Shown here: positions 19,366-30,176 of the stretch, piece after piece
How the letters are laid out: each line of letters begins with the position of its first letter
Numbering within the stretch: position 1 is the stretch's first letter
NCBI GenBank assembly: GCA_963770795.1
Contig: CAVYQR010000002.1
Coordinates: 56,943-120,942 of the forward strand
DNA length: 64,000 nt
Direction: 5' to 3'
Origin: an uncultured Chloroflexia bacterium
GTDB lineage: Bacteria > Chloroflexota > Limnocylindria > Limnocylindrales > CSP1-4
Translations under genes and position numbers: made by a program
Notes under the pieces: generated by a model
What the model was told of the DNA's origin: nothing
The model's database searches: none
The model's input: only the letters and a program-made list of their open reading frames with translations

Positions 19366-22300
19366 TCAGCGCCTGAGGGCCAAGCGCCGCAGCTCCGCCT
19401 CGTGGGTGGCGATCAGCTCCTGGAACATCCGGTAGTTCCGGAGCAGCGCCTCGTCTCTCCACTCCGCCACGGCCGCCTCCGGCTTCTTGACGAGCACTGC
19501 CTTCTCCGGATCATGGATGCGCACGGTCGCCTTCTGGTAGCCCTCGGGCAGGTCCTTGTACCCCCGGCCCTCGGGGGCGCCACCCCTGGCGGTGGCAGAC
19601 CGATCCGCCCGGTAGACGAGCGACGACCAGTTCTCGAGGAACGGCAGCCGGTGGTCCGAGATGCCCGCCTCGCGCAGCGCGACGCACGCCCTGTTGATGT
19701 ACTTGAACGCCTCGTAGCCGCGCATGGCTTCCTCGGGCTTGCCCTTGGCCCCATGGACCTCCTTGGCCAGGAAGGCCAGCTGGTCCTCCACGTTCTGGTA
19801 CTGGCGCCGCGCGTTCTCCGCCCCCTTGGCCCGCTCGCCACCGACGATCGCCCGGAAGGTCCCGGGGCCCACGTATGCGTCGTCCGAGAGGGAGTTGGCG
19901 ACCATCTGCTTGCGGGTGACCTCGATCGCGAGCCGGGCTCGCTCGCGGGGGTCGGTCGCCGCGCGTAGCTTCGCCACGACAGCGTCGGCCTCCAGCAGCA
20001 GCCTGTCGTGGAGCGCCTTGCGGGGCTCGCCTCCCATGCTGGCCAGGTCGCGGACACGAGCCCGGTCGGCGGTGGGCAGGTGCTCCATCAGGGGCGCCCA
20101 TCCGTCGGGTGGCGTGTAACGCAGGCGGCGAGAGAGGGCCAGCAGCTCGGTTTCGCGCACGATCGACGCCTCGACCCTCGCCCGCTCCCGCGCGGGCAGC
20201 TCCCTGGTCGGGGACTCGTAGGTGGTCAGCCGGGTGCCCTCGACGAGGAGCGCCATCCGGTAGTGATCGCGCCAGCCCGGATGGTTGGCGTCCAGCCAGC
20301 CCCGGATCCGAAGGAGGTCCGCGCCCGCGCGGTCGCCGCCCACCTGGAGGTCCACATCACTGCCCGCCTCGGTGCTGGCGGTCCCCTTCTCCTCGACCGG
20401 GAAGCGTGCCTTGAGCGCCTCGGTGAACCGCTGCCGGTGGGCCACGAGCTCCTTCACCATACGACTGCGCAGCCCATCCGAGAGGCCGTCGCCCACGCCC
20501 CGGCCTTGCTGGAGATCGGCGATCAGGACCTCCCACTTCCCTCCACGGGCCAGCAGCTTGCGGATGGCGGCCTCGCTGAGGAGCGGCCTGGCCGTGGCGC
20601 CAGGCGCCATGCCACCTTCCGCCGTGGCACCCCGCAGCAGGCCCGCGATCTCGCCGGCCGGCAGGGCGCGTGATGAGCCCTTGGCCCCACTCTTGGCCGC
20701 CCTGCCCTTGTCCACCTTGCCCGGCGCCGCGGTGTCGGGAGCCGTTCCGGGGGCCTGTCCTTCGCCCAGGCCGTTGGACGTGGGCCCGTCCTGTTGGGGC
20801 GTTCCGGCCGCTCGGCGCCGCGCCCGCTCCGCCTCCGCTCCCTTACCCAGCGGACGCAGCAGCAGGTCCATCGCGGCACCCTCGGTCGCCTGCTTGGCAA
20901 CCAGGTCCGCGAACTCCTCGAGGCTCTTGGGCATCTGCTGGCCGTTGGCGATCGCGTTGAGCACGACACCCGCTGGCGCGGTGTAGAACGAGGACAGGCT
21001 CGACCCGGCCGCGCTGATCGCCGCCTCCGACATCTCCTTGCCCACGGCCGTCGTGAGGCGAGCCCCAACCCGCGCGGTGATGGCTGCGACGAACTTTCCC
21101 TGGGCCACCCCGCCGAGCATCGAGAGCAGGCCCTCGACCCCCGCCCGCCCCGCGATCGACAGGGCGTCCATCGACTTGCGCTGGCCGAACCCGATCTCGG
21201 ACACCTGCTGGGCGGTCTCCTGGGTCGCCACGTAGGCGCTCGTGGCCGCGGCGCTCGCGACGGCGCCGTACCCGCCCGTGAGGACCCCGACAGAGATCGT
21301 GCCGGCCGTCTTCGCCCGTTCCAGCCACTTGACGACCGTGCCCGCTCCGCCGATCGCCTTGCGCTCGTAGCGGGCCAGCTCCCCGCCGACCGTCAACGCG
21401 TTCCCACGCGCGATCCCGTACGTCGCCGCGGCAAGCTCCACCTTGCCCTCGCGAAGCATCTTGTCCGCCCGGTCCAGCTGGCCCTGGGGGGCCTCCCACA
21501 GGCGGATCGACGGGTACGGCGCCTGCAGCTGGCGCAGCCGCTCCGCGACGGACCCCTTCTCCGGGTGCTTCTCCGCGTCGCGGATCGTCTGGTAGTACTC
21601 CCATGGACCGGCGGCGCCTGCGGCCTCGGCCACCTTGCGGATGTACTTGTGCTCCTTGTTCCGCTTGCTGAGGTCCTCGTGACCGGCCCGGACCTCGATG
21701 ATCTGCATCTGGAGGTCCCACATCGCGTCGCGAAGCGCCCGGACGTGCGGCCCGTTGGACACCTGCTCGCGGTACTCGGTCGCGTAGTCCTGGGTCCGCA
21801 GGATGCTTGCGAGCGTGATCAGGCCGCCGTCGCTGGGAACGTACTCGTTGCCAACGTAGTAGTCGATGCTGGGACCGTTGATGTCCTGGATCCGCACCTG
21901 CGTGGGCTGGGCAAGGAGCTTCCCCTTGACCCAAGTCCGGAACCGGGTCTCGGCCTCAACGTTCCAGGTCGGCGGCTCGTCGAGGCTGCGGGCGAGCAGG
22001 GAAGCCGTCGGGATCTCGACCTGCACCGGACCCTTCTGTTCCGGCTGCATCTTGCCCGCAATCCCTTCGAGCTCCCGCCGAGCGTCGCCGAAGCCCATCG
22101 GATCCAGGTTGTAGCGGTTCTGCCAGGACGCGTAGGTCGCCTCGTGCCGCCGCCGCACCTCCTCGTTGGAAGCCTGGACGTCGAGGTGCTTCTGGAGCTG
22201 CTCGACCTGCTCCGGTGCCAGAACGCCCAGCAACGCCGGCGCCTGGGCCTTGATCAGCGCGTAGACGTCGGGACCGCCGGCACCCTTCGGACGATGCGTC

Positions 22301-22551
22301 CTGCCCGCTCCACCGCCTGCCGCCGCCCGCTGGCGCTGGACGGCCTGCGCGACGGCCTCGTTGCCGGCCAGTCCCTGGAGCGCGAGCGCGCCCTGACCGT
22401 CGAGCTGTCCTTCGATCGAGGCGCCCGCTGACGGGCCACCGGCACCGGCGTGGGTCCCCTTGTGCGCGCCTCCGGAAGGTCGCCCCGAGGATCGGGAGGG
22501 TTGGCGCGACGCGCGCATCCGTTCGGGCATGGCACCTGTCCTGCTGCGCAC
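19366..22551 (-). CDS. large hypothetical protein (1061 aa), candidate eCIS cargo/effector with an N-terminal LQGLAGNEAV motif
   Basis: Last gene of the minus-strand eCIS accessory operon, 3 nt after the DUF4157 gene; N-terminal motif shared with the two upstream genes. Confidence 0.6.
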   Translation of the reverse strand: MRSRTGAMPERMRASRQPSRSSGRPSGGAHKGTHAGAGGPSAGASIEGQLDGQGALALQGLAGNEAVAQAVQRQRAAAGGGAGRTHRPKGAGGPDVYALIKAQAPALLGVLAPEQVEQLQKHLDVQASNEEVRRRHEATYASWQNRYNLDPMGFGDARRELEGIAGKMQPEQKGPVQVEIPTASLLARSLDEPPTWNVEAETRFRTWVKGKLLAQPTQVRIQDINGPSIDYYVGNEYVPSDGGLITLASILRTQDYATEYREQVSNGPHVRALRDAMWDLQMQIIEVRAGHEDLSKRNKEHKYIRKVAEAAGAAGPWEYYQTIRDAEKHPEKGSVAERLRQLQAPYPSIRLWEAPQGQLDRADKMLREGKVELAAATYGIARGNALTVGGELARYERKAIGGAGTVVKWLERAKTAGTISVGVLTGGYGAVASAAATSAYVATQETAQQVSEIGFGQRKSMDALSIAGRAGVEGLLSMLGGVAQGKFVAAITARVGARLTTAVGKEMSEAAISAAGSSLSSFYTAPAGVVLNAIANGQQMPKSLEEFADLVAKQATEGAAMDLLLRPLGKGAEAERARRRAAGTPQQDGPTSNGLGEGQAPGTAPDTAAPGKVDKGRAAKSGAKGSSRALPAGEIAGLLRGATAEGGMAPGATARPLLSEAAIRKLLARGGKWEVLIADLQQGRGVGDGLSDGLRSRMVKELVAHRQRFTEALKARFPVEEKGTASTEAGSDVDLQVGGDRAGADLLRIRGWLDANHPGWRDHYRMALLVEGTRLTTYESPTRELPARERARVEASIVRETELLALSRRLRYTPPDGWAPLMEHLPTADRARVRDLASMGGEPRKALHDRLLLEADAVVAKLRAATDPRERARLAIEVTRKQMVANSLSDDAYVGPGTFRAIVGGERAKGAENARRQYQNVEDQLAFLAKEVHGAKGKPEEAMRGYEAFKYINRACVALREAGISDHRLPFLENWSSLVYRADRSATARGGAPEGRGYKDLPEGYQKATVRIHDPEKAVLVKKPEAAVAEWRDEALLRNYRMFQELIATHEAELRRLALRR

Positions 22552-22554
22552 GCC

Positions 22555-23406
22555 TCAGCGCGCGGTCAAGGCCTGGGCCTCTTCCTCCTCTTCCTCTTCC
22601 TCCTGGCGCTGGACGAAGTCGGCCTGGGCCTCCTCTTCCTCTTCGTCTTCCTCCTGGCGCTGGACGAAGTCGGCCTGGGCCTCCTCTTCGTCTTCCTCCT
22701 GGCGCTGGACGAAGTCGGCCTGGGCCTCCTCTTCCTCCTCTTCCTCCTCCGGCACGGCTTCGCGCTGGACGAAGTCGGCCTGGGCTGTTCGGGACCCGGG
22801 GGTCGCGGCCATGGCAGAGGTCGCGTTCAATTCCGCCGCACGCTCGAAATCGTCGCCCGGATCGGATAGCCGGATCCCGCCTCCGGTCGCGGTACCCGCG
22901 ACCGGGCCGCTGCGCTGCTGGACGACGTGCGTCAGCTCGTGGGCGAGCGTCTTCTTGCCGTCCGACGAGTCCGGATTCCAGCGCTCGGATCGGAACACGA
23001 CGTCCTGCCCAACGGTGTACGCGTGGGCGTTGACTGCCTGGGCGGACTGGCTGGCCTGGGAGTCTGTGTGGACGCGGACATCTCCGAAGTCCGAGCCGAG
23101 GCGCCCCTCCATCTCGCGCCGCAGGCCCGGGTCGAGCGGACGGCCCCCGCCCTTGCCTACGACATCGAGCACCGGCGAGCGCTCCGCGGGCTCGTCCTCC
23201 TCGCGCTGGGCGGCCTGACGGGCGATGAGCTCGCGGACGGAGGTGTTGCCGGCAACGCGTTGAAGTTCGAGCATGACATCGGGGGTGATGGTCGCCCCGG
23301 CCTCCGGGGCCTGGGTTGCCGAGCGCGCCACAGCGGGCGTCGCCTCGGATCGTATCGGCGTCGGCGTCGGGCGAGACTCAAGGGGCAGGTCATCGTGCGT
23401 TTGCAT
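22555..23406 (-). CDS. DUF4157 (eCIS-associated HExxH metallopeptidase-like) protein with a C-terminal acidic repeat
   Basis: Core [25 protein letters not shown]...[36 protein letters not shown] plus an N-terminal [12 protein letters not shown]; start at ATG 23406 with a GAGGTG RBS. Confidence 0.85.
   Translation of the reverse strand: MQTHDDLPLESRPTPTPIRSEATPAVARSATQAPEAGATITPDVMLELQRVAGNTSVRELIARQAAQREEDEPAERSPVLDVVGKGGGRPLDPGLRREMEGRLGSDFGDVRVHTDSQASQSAQAVNAHAYTVGQDVVFRSERWNPDSSDGKKTLAHELTHVVQQRSGPVAGTATGGGIRLSDPGDDFERAAELNATSAMAATPGSRTAQADFVQREAVPEEEEEEEEAQADFVQRQEEDEEEAQADFVQRQEEDEEEEEAQADFVQRQEEEEEEEEAQALTAR
22575..22790. repeat. about 50-bp tandem repeats encoding (E)[10 protein letters not shown] x4
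   Basis: Visible as repeating ctcctcttcctc...ctggcgctggacgaagtcggcctgggc units. Confidence 0.8.
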
Positions 23407-23552
23407 GCGCGCACCTCGGGCGACGAAAGCCTCGCCACAGCCTGACGGTCGAGGCGGTGCCACGCAAGGCTGTGAGGGGCACCGGGGGGGCGGACGGGGG
23501 TGCCCGTTCGGGCAAGGACGATGCTTCGAGCCGCGGGGAGGCCATTTCGCCC

Positions 23553-26500
23553 CTACGGTGGCGGGGTGGAGTCGGGCACGCTGGCCGGCGCTCTCGAACC
23601 CTTTGCTGGCGTCTTCGCCGGCGGGGCCGAAGGGGTTGCCAATGCCATCCGCTCGAGGTTCCCGATGAGCGCCGCCATTGCCTCCCGTATCGCCGCGGAC
23701 GAGCGGCTGAGCTTGGCCTGGGCGCGCACGAGGAACTGGATCTTCGCGAGATCTATGGCCCTGCCAGATAGCCCAGCCTGCTTCGACAACGTTGCGAGGA
23801 CGGTCGGCGCCTGCGCCGTGAACTCGTTGAGCACGCCGCTGACCTCAGCGCGGAGAGCCTCCGCGTCGGTGGCCAGCCGCTCCAGTGTCGACCTCGAGGC
23901 CGTGCCCTTTGCCTCCATGAGCAGCGTGTCGCAGCGCTTCGCTAGGCCGTTCCAGATGGCCTCGTCAGGCACCTTCACCCCAAGTTCGGTCATGAGGGTG
24001 CGGAAGCGACTACCGTACTTTGCGACGCCCTTGATCGCCTCCACGACCTCGGCCGTGCCCACGAATCCCGTCCTCAGGAGGGTGTTGGCCTCGCCATAGA
24101 GTTTGGGCAGCTGGTCCAGGAGCGCCGTATACACCTGCTCCGGGAGCAGCTTGGCACCCGAGGCGGAGAGGCCCTCCTTGAGCGAAACCAGCATCGCGGT
24201 CGCGCCACCCGAGAAATAGCCACCGCCCTCGGTCGCGTTGATCAGGCCCTGCGTGTCTCCGATCCTCTCGGCAAGCGACTTCTGGGCGGCCTTGTCCCCG
24301 CTCTTCATCGCCGCCTCGAGCGAGACGTGCATGTCGTCGATGTTCTTGTACAAGGCCGCTATGTCCGCCGCGCCGAGCTCCTTGAAGGCGACCTTGTCGA
24401 CCTTGAGCGACTCCATCATGGACGAGAGTGCCTTCACGAGGTCCTTGTTGCCGGCCTTCTCCGCGTCGTGAAGCATGCGGGCGAAGATCGTGCCCTCGGC
24501 GACCTTCTCGGCTCGGCTGGCAATCGTGGATCGCAGGGCTGCATCCAGCTGGTCGTACAGGTGGAGCCGCCGAGGATCTGTGAAGAAATCGGCCAGGACC
24601 AGGAACCTGAGCCTGTCCGGGGTCGTGCGCAACCGCCCTGCCACGAACGAGCGGAGCGCGTTTCGGTTCTCAGCGGCATGGGGACCGAGCAGGCTGACGT
24701 CGAAGTCGTTGGTGAACTGGCCCTTGCTGCCGGTCCGCTTTACGGCGGCGCGGCCCGCCTCGTCCACGCCGCCGGGCAGGGTCTTCACGAACGCCTCGAT
24801 ATCGGCGAGGATCCCGTCCCGCCAGGCCAGCATCGCCTTGCCGGCATCCGATTTGTTGCCCAGGACGACGCTGAGCTTGGACCAGCCGCCATTGCGTTCG
24901 AGCAGGTTCTTCGGGCCCAGCCGCTCGACCCCCAACAGGGCGATCTGCTGCCCCTTCGTCGCGTCGGCGGTGATCTCCGCCTCCAGGTTGCCGGAGCGCT
25001 TGATGAGCTCGCCCGGCGTCATCGCACCAAGCTCCTTCTCGACCGAGATGAATGCCTTGAGGCGCTCGGCGTAGGGCGAGTCCTTGCCGATGATCTCGAG
25101 AAGCTCCGCCGGGCTCTTCTTGGCCTGGCGGCTGACCTGATCGATCCCGAGTTCGGCGATGGCCTTCTCGATCGTTGCCTTGCTGCCTGTTGGGGCCTCC
25201 TTGGCGGACACCTTGGCCAAGCTCTCGAGCCCTGCAAGCGCCGACCGGTTCGCCGAGCGACCAGCCGTCATCGCCTCGCGGACGATCCCGCCCGAGGCGG
25301 CCCGGATAAGCGGTTTGACCGAGGTCAGAACGTCGACCGCGACCAGGAGAGTGTTGAGCACGGCCTCGAACATCGCCATGTCGGCCTGACCGGACGTGAC
25401 CAGCGGGTCGAGCCCAGCCGGCGATGCCTTCGCTGCCGCGCTGATCGTGAGGGCCTTGTCCCACGACGCCGCGGCCTGACCTAGGCCGATGCCCACGCCG
25501 GCACCGATCAGCGCGGCAGACGCGGTACCCATCGTGACGAACGACGCGACGATGAACAGCGCCGCTGCGGCGGTGGACAGGCCCATCGTGACCCAGAACT
25601 CGCGATCGTCATGCAGCTGGACGAGCTCGTCGGCGAGCGACTTGGCGACGGGCTTGCTCCAATCGATCCCCGATGGCTTTGCACCACCGGAGAAGAGGAT
25701 GTCGTGGATCGGCTTGAGCTCGTAGGCGAGCGAGCCGGCGACCTTGGGCCGCGCGCTGGCGATGCCGTCCCGGACGGACGCGAGCTGTCCGACGACCATC
25801 GCCTTGGCCGCCTTCGGGTCGTCCCCCGCCATGACATCGAGGTTCGCAGCGCCGCTGCCGGTCACCACGCCCACGGCCGGGTACGCGATGGTGAGGCCCT
25901 CCATGAACGCCTGGAGCGCTTCCCACTCGGCCCTGATGTCGTCCCACGACTTGATGGTCGGGAGGTCCGTCCCGGGCGGGAACGCGCCCTCCTCGGGCCG
26001 CCGTTCGGCTTCGCTCGGCGGCGCGCTCAGGTCGAACTGGACGCGGACGTAGGGCTCCCAGATGCCGCCGGGCAGCGACTCGCCCGGTTCCGGCGCAGGG
26101 TTCTCGTTCTTGCGCAGTCCGACGACCTCGTGGCCGAGCTCGCCCTGGGCTTTGCGTGCATCCTTCATGAGGCGTGCGGCGCCCTGCAGCTCGGCAAGGC
26201 GCTTTTCTGGCGTCGGACTCGCCACGGCCCCCCCGCCGGCGGCGGGCCCGGGCGGCGCCGCCCCCGCCGCACCTGGCTCGCCCCCCCCAAGCCGCGCCAG
26301 CTCGTCCCTGCAGTAGGTGTCGTTGCTGTCCAGGTTGCCGCGAGCCAGCGACCGCACGTCGACGAGGAACTTGTCGGCGATCGCCTTGGCCGCGCCCAGC
26401 TTGTACAGCTCCGCGCCATTCTTGAGCGACGCCTCCCAGCGCGAGGCGTTGGCCTCGGCGACCTTGATCATGCCGTCGCCGAAGCTGCCCCAGATCGCCT

Positions 26501-26939
26501 CGAGGGCGTACTCGTCCAGGGGGCCGGTCCAGCCGCCGTTCAAGGCATCGATGAACCGCATCTTCTGCGCGTAGGTGGGTTTGCCCCAGTCGCTGATCGC
26601 CTTGATGTCGCCCTTGTCGAGCGTCTCGGCCGCGCGCCTGACCTTGTCCTCCTCGCTCGAGACCGGGTGGAGCTCCCAATCCATCGGCCTCCGCTGCAGA
26701 ACCACCGCCGGGCGGGCGCTCGCCCGGGACGGCAGGATGCCCGTAACCGCCCGGTTGCCCGCCTTGCGCTGGAGGTTTCGAAGGACCTTGCGGTCGGGTC
26801 CAGCGTGACCCGACAGCGACGGTGCCGTCCGCGAGCCCGGAGGTGACACGCTCTCGGACTCCGGCGAGACGGAGGTGGCGCGGCCCGCAGCAACCTCTTC
26901 CTCCGCGACCGGGCCCACTCGGCTCGCACGGTCCGCCAT
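23553..26939 (-). CDS. large hypothetical protein (1128 aa), candidate eCIS cargo/effector with an N-terminal [13 protein letters not shown] motif
   Basis: Starts 1 nt downstream of the AAA ATPase gene; helical, Ala/Lys-rich, with an internal hydrophobic segment ([26 protein letters not shown]). Confidence 0.65.
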   Translation of the reverse strand: MADRASRVGPVAEEEVAAGRATSVSPESESVSPPGSRTAPSLSGHAGPDRKVLRNLQRKAGNRAVTGILPSRASARPAVVLQRRPMDWELHPVSSEEDKVRRAAETLDKGDIKAISDWGKPTYAQKMRFIDALNGGWTGPLDEYALEAIWGSFGDGMIKVAEANASRWEASLKNGAELYKLGAAKAIADKFLVDVRSLARGNLDSNDTYCRDELARLGGGEPGAAGAAPPGPAAGGGAVASPTPEKRLAELQGAARLMKDARKAQGELGHEVVGLRKNENPAPEPGESLPGGIWEPYVRVQFDLSAPPSEAERRPEEGAFPPGTDLPTIKSWDDIRAEWEALQAFMEGLTIAYPAVGVVTGSGAANLDVMAGDDPKAAKAMVVGQLASVRDGIASARPKVAGSLAYELKPIHDILFSGGAKPSGIDWSKPVAKSLADELVQLHDDREFWVTMGLSTAAAALFIVASFVTMGTASAALIGAGVGIGLGQAAASWDKALTISAAAKASPAGLDPLVTSGQADMAMFEAVLNTLLVAVDVLTSVKPLIRAASGGIVREAMTAGRSANRSALAGLESLAKVSAKEAPTGSKATIEKAIAELGIDQVSRQAKKSPAELLEIIGKDSPYAERLKAFISVEKELGAMTPGELIKRSGNLEAEITADATKGQQIALLGVERLGPKNLLERNGGWSKLSVVLGNKSDAGKAMLAWRDGILADIEAFVKTLPGGVDEAGRAAVKRTGSKGQFTNDFDVSLLGPHAAENRNALRSFVAGRLRTTPDRLRFLVLADFFTDPRRLHLYDQLDAALRSTIASRAEKVAEGTIFARMLHDAEKAGNKDLVKALSSMMESLKVDKVAFKELGAADIAALYKNIDDMHVSLEAAMKSGDKAAQKSLAERIGDTQGLINATEGGGYFSGGATAMLVSLKEGLSASGAKLLPEQVYTALLDQLPKLYGEANTLLRTGFVGTAEVVEAIKGVAKYGSRFRTLMTELGVKVPDEAIWNGLAKRCDTLLMEAKGTASRSTLERLATDAEALRAEVSGVLNEFTAQAPTVLATLSKQAGLSGRAIDLAKIQFLVRAQAKLSRSSAAIREAMAALIGNLERMALATPSAPPAKTPAKGSRAPASVPDSTPPP

Positions 26940-26940
26940 G

Positions 26941-29106
26941 TCAGGGCTCCAGCAGCCCGAGCCAGTCGCCGAACTCCTCGACGTGCGTCATCCGGCCGAG
27001 CTTCTGGTACTCGCGCTCGGTGCCGCGCACGAGATCCAGCATCGTGACGGGCCGGTCTTCGGCGATCGCGTAGAAGGCGGCGGCGACGCAGATGTTCCGG
27101 ATGTTGCCGCCGGACAGCTTGAACGCGGTCGCCAGGAACTCGAGGTCAACCTCGTCGGCGCGCGGCACGGCGGGCGGCAGGTGGAGGTCCCACAGCCGCA
27201 GCCGGTCGGCCTCCTCCGGCAGGGCGAAGTCCACGATCACGTCGAGCCGGCGCAGGAACGCCTCGTCGAGGTTCGCACGCAGGTTGGTGGTCAGAACGGC
27301 CAGACCGTCGAAGCGCTCCATCCGCTGGAGCAGGTAGGCGATCTCGACGTTCGCGTAGCGGTCTCGAGCGTCCTTCACCTCGGACCGCTTGCCGAAGATG
27401 GCGTCGGCCTCGTCGAACAGCAGGACGCCGTTCACGCGGTCGGCCTCGTTGAAGATCCGGTCGAGGTTCTTCTCTGTCTCGCCGATGTACTTGTCCACCA
27501 CTGTGGCGAGGTCGATCAGGTAGAGGTCAAGCCCGAGATCGGCGGCGACGACCTCCGCGGACAGCGTCTTGCCGGTGCCGCTATCGCCGGCGAACAGGGC
27601 CGTGACGCCCGTGCCCCGAGCCGAGCCACCGCCCATCCCCCACTCTCTGACCCGCTCCCGGTGCCTCGCGCGGCTGGTCAGCTCGCGCAGCGGCCCGATC
27701 GTCTCGGCCGGCAGCACCAGGTCATCCCAGCCAGCCTGGGCCTCGATCCGGCGCGCCAGCCGTTCCAACCCGCCGGCGTTCTGGGCTCGCGCGCCCGCCC
27801 GCAGGTCCTCGGGCTCGATGGACCGCGCCTCCGCCACGGCGCGGCGCTTCGCCGCCACGGCCGCCCGCCGGACCTGGATCGGATCGAGCCGGAACCCGGC
27901 AGTCAGGCCTGCGGGATCCAGGGAGTCGACGACGCCGGCCGCGGCCCCGTCGTATTCGTCGTCGCCGCCGCCGGCCGCCAGAGCCGCGTGCCAGGTGGCG
28001 CGCCGGGCGTCAACCGCGTACAGCGGCGCGTCCAGGATCACGGGCACCTCCCGCGACCAGGCCGGGTCCCAGCCCCGGAGGCCGAGCAGCACGACCGGGC
28101 AACGGGCTTCGGCGAAGGCACGGATCGCCGCGGGGCCGCGCTCAGCCAGCACCTCGATGGGCCCGGCCACGATCGCCGCGCCGCGAAGGACTGCCTCGCG
28201 GACACAGGCGGCGCCAAGCTCGACGGCATCGTCGCCGGCCGTGATCCGCGAGAGGTCCACCGGCAGGACGCCGAGACCCGCGGAACCGACGGCGGCCGTC
28301 GCCCAGGAACGGCCCGCCGTGCCTGCGCGGTCGCGGACGTATGCCAACCGCGTGCCGGACCGCAGCGCCGTCGTCAGCGTGGGTCCGCCGATGGCATCGG
28401 GCGAGGGCTCCGGGTCGCTCGCAGACATGAGCGCCTCGACGCGGGGCTCCGGCCGGTCGTCACCGAGCAGGTGCGCGGTGACCCGGTCCGGGACCCGGAG
28501 AGCCCTGGTGAGGAACGGGCGATCGGGATCGTCGATGAGGATCAACCCACCGCTGACCAGGTGCGAGGTCGGGGCAAGCCGGTGCCGCTCGGTGCGCAGA
28601 CCATCCCCGCCCCGCGTCAGCTCCAGGGCCAGACCGGCACTCGCCCGCCGGCGCGAGACATCGTCGTGGAGGTAGGCATACAGGCGCTCGAACCGGGGAT
28701 CCAGGTCGGGCGCCAGGGCGACGAGCAGGACCTCCAGGTCCATCTCGTCGAGCTCGAAAGCGCCGGCCAGTCGCCTGAGGCGCAGGTCGGCGCCGGCGGC
28801 CTCCGCAGCATCGGCCCGTGCCTCGACCCTGGCGATCGCTGCGTCCAGGCCCGGGCCCGTCCCGGGTTCGATCCGGGGTGGCTGGTCGAACAGGGCATCC
28901 ACCTGGGCCTCGGTGATGTACAGGCCCCGGAACCGGTCGCCCGGGTCCGGATCAGTCGCGCGCCGGCGGTCCACGGCGGCGCGGACGCGCGCCTCGACCA
29001 CGACCAGGCGCCCGAAGAGGTAGACCAGCGACGGGTCCGGGCGACCGGCATCCGCGGGCGCGGCGGGCGCTGAGTCCGGCTCCTCCCGGGACGCGCGGGT
29101 GGTCAT
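26941..29106 (-). CDS. eCIS AAA+ ATPase (Afp15/Pvc15-like)
   Basis: Walker A (GDSGTGKTLSAEV), Walker B (LLFDEADAIF), and a second-region DKYIGETEKNL; 721 aa with an N-terminal extension as in Afp15. Confidence 0.85.
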   Translation of the reverse strand: MTTRASREEPDSAPAAPADAGRPDPSLVYLFGRLVVVEARVRAAVDRRRATDPDPGDRFRGLYITEAQVDALFDQPPRIEPGTGPGLDAAIARVEARADAAEAAGADLRLRRLAGAFELDEMDLEVLLVALAPDLDPRFERLYAYLHDDVSRRRASAGLALELTRGGDGLRTERHRLAPTSHLVSGGLILIDDPDRPFLTRALRVPDRVTAHLLGDDRPEPRVEALMSASDPEPSPDAIGGPTLTTALRSGTRLAYVRDRAGTAGRSWATAAVGSAGLGVLPVDLSRITAGDDAVELGAACVREAVLRGAAIVAGPIEVLAERGPAAIRAFAEARCPVVLLGLRGWDPAWSREVPVILDAPLYAVDARRATWHAALAAGGGDDEYDGAAAGVVDSLDPAGLTAGFRLDPIQVRRAAVAAKRRAVAEARSIEPEDLRAGARAQNAGGLERLARRIEAQAGWDDLVLPAETIGPLRELTSRARHRERVREWGMGGGSARGTGVTALFAGDSGTGKTLSAEVVAADLGLDLYLIDLATVVDKYIGETEKNLDRIFNEADRVNGVLLFDEADAIFGKRSEVKDARDRYANVEIAYLLQRMERFDGLAVLTTNLRANLDEAFLRRLDVIVDFALPEEADRLRLWDLHLPPAVPRADEVDLEFLATAFKLSGGNIRNICVAAAFYAIAEDRPVTMLDLVRGTEREYQKLGRMTHVEEFGDWLGLLEP

Positions 29107-29109
29107 GGC

Positions 29110-29994
29110 TCAGGGTCGCGGGACGCCGCGGACGCGCACGACCCGGCCACTACCCAGGCCGGCGAGCTCGGCCGAGACTTCGTCCTCGACGGCTCCCGGG
29201 GCGGTGCCCGTTGCGGCGCTCGCGGCGGCGCCCTCGCCCTTCCTGCGGTCCGCTCCCCTTCCCTTCCTGGTCTCGTGCGTGCCGGTCGACACGGCCGCCA
29301 CCCCCGTCGATCCTGCGCGGACCAGCTCGGATTGGAGCGCGTCGTCGCCGGGACCGAGCACGCGGCTCGCCGCGCGGCCGCGACGCGCACCGCCACGGAG
29401 GCGCCGTTCTGCATCGATCCCGGGGCCACCGAACCCGAGGGTCGGTCCCTCCATCACCGGGGCCGCGACCGGCCACGACCAGGAGGCGTCCAGGGTGCTG
29501 TCGCGACGAGGTCGAGCGACGGCTTCAGCTCCCCGCCCATCGCCGACCACACGTCGGCGATCGAGCGGTCGGGTCCGACCGGCAGGCCGACGCTCAGGAT
29601 GATCGGGTACGGACGACGACGCCAGCGAGCCGGAGAGGAGCTCCGCCGGGATCGTCTCGTTCCGGACGAACGTGGCGAGGCAGGCTGAGAGCAGGCGGTG
29701 CTCGTCCTCGGGGCGCTGCGTCCACGCGGTGACGAGGTAGGAGAGGCGGAACCGCCGCGGGGGCATGCGTCGCTCGCCGGCGACGCGCGACGCCTCGTCG
29801 CGCATCAGCTGGGGCACGATCTGGCGCCGCGAGGTGTCCTCGCGGATGTCGTACAGGTAGATGTCGACCGTCGGGGCGTTGCGGCGCGCAACCCATTCCC
29901 TGGTGGGCGCGTCGAACAGGACTTCCACGCGCGACCCGTTGAGCGCATCGCGGCGGACGAGAGCCTCGATCGCCTCGTCGACCTCCTGGATCAT
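29110..29994 (-). CDS. DUF4255 (Afp16/Pvc16-like tail terminator/cap) protein
   Basis: MIQEVDEAIEALVRRDALNGSRVEVLFDAPTREW...DIYLYDIRED matches the DUF4255 N-terminus; start at ATG 29994; C-terminal third is low-complexity. Confidence 0.7.
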   Translation of the reverse strand: MIQEVDEAIEALVRRDALNGSRVEVLFDAPTREWVARRNAPTVDIYLYDIREDTSRRQIVPQLMRDEASRVAGERRMPPRRFRLSYLVTAWTQRPEDEHRLLSACLATFVRNETIPAELLSGSLASSSVPDHPERRPAGRTRPLDRRRVVGDGRGAEAVARPRRDSTLDASWSWPVAAPVMEGPTLGFGGPGIDAERRLRGGARRGRAASRVLGPGDDALQSELVRAGSTGVAAVSTGTHETRKGRGADRRKGEGAAASAATGTAPGAVEDEVSAELAGLGSGRVVRVRGVPRP

Positions 29995-30176
29995 CGCCGC
30001 AAGTGTCCCGCCCGACCGCGTCACGGTCCCCCGGCCCCGGGGCATCCGTTCGGGCGGTCGCCGTTGCCCGATCGGGTGATCGCACCCGCCCGACCGCCCG
30101 CGCGGGCGGTCCTTGTTCGCGTGCCGTGCGGGTGGGAGCCTCGGCATGTCCGGTCATCGTACGGAAGGGGCGTCAT
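29995..30176. promoter_or_regulatory. divergent intergenic promoter region between the eCIS cap/ATPase/cargo operon and the sheath-led structural operon
   Basis: 182-bp gap between the divergent starts; promoters not identified by motif. Confidence 0.4.

Noticed and set aside
20794-22431. 545-aa + strand ORF inside the 1061-aa cargo-candidate gene
   Set aside because: Antisense shadow; Arg/Leu/Gly-rich with no domain signal.
24327-26846. Several 350-410-aa ORFs on both strands inside the 1128-aa gene
   Set aside because: Overlapping shadow ORFs; only the 1128-aa frame gives non-Arg-dominated sequence with a defined N-terminal motif and an operon-consistent start and stop.
26875-29073. 732-aa + strand ORF opposite the AAA ATPase
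   Set aside because: Antisense shadow of a gene with unambiguous Walker A/B motifs.
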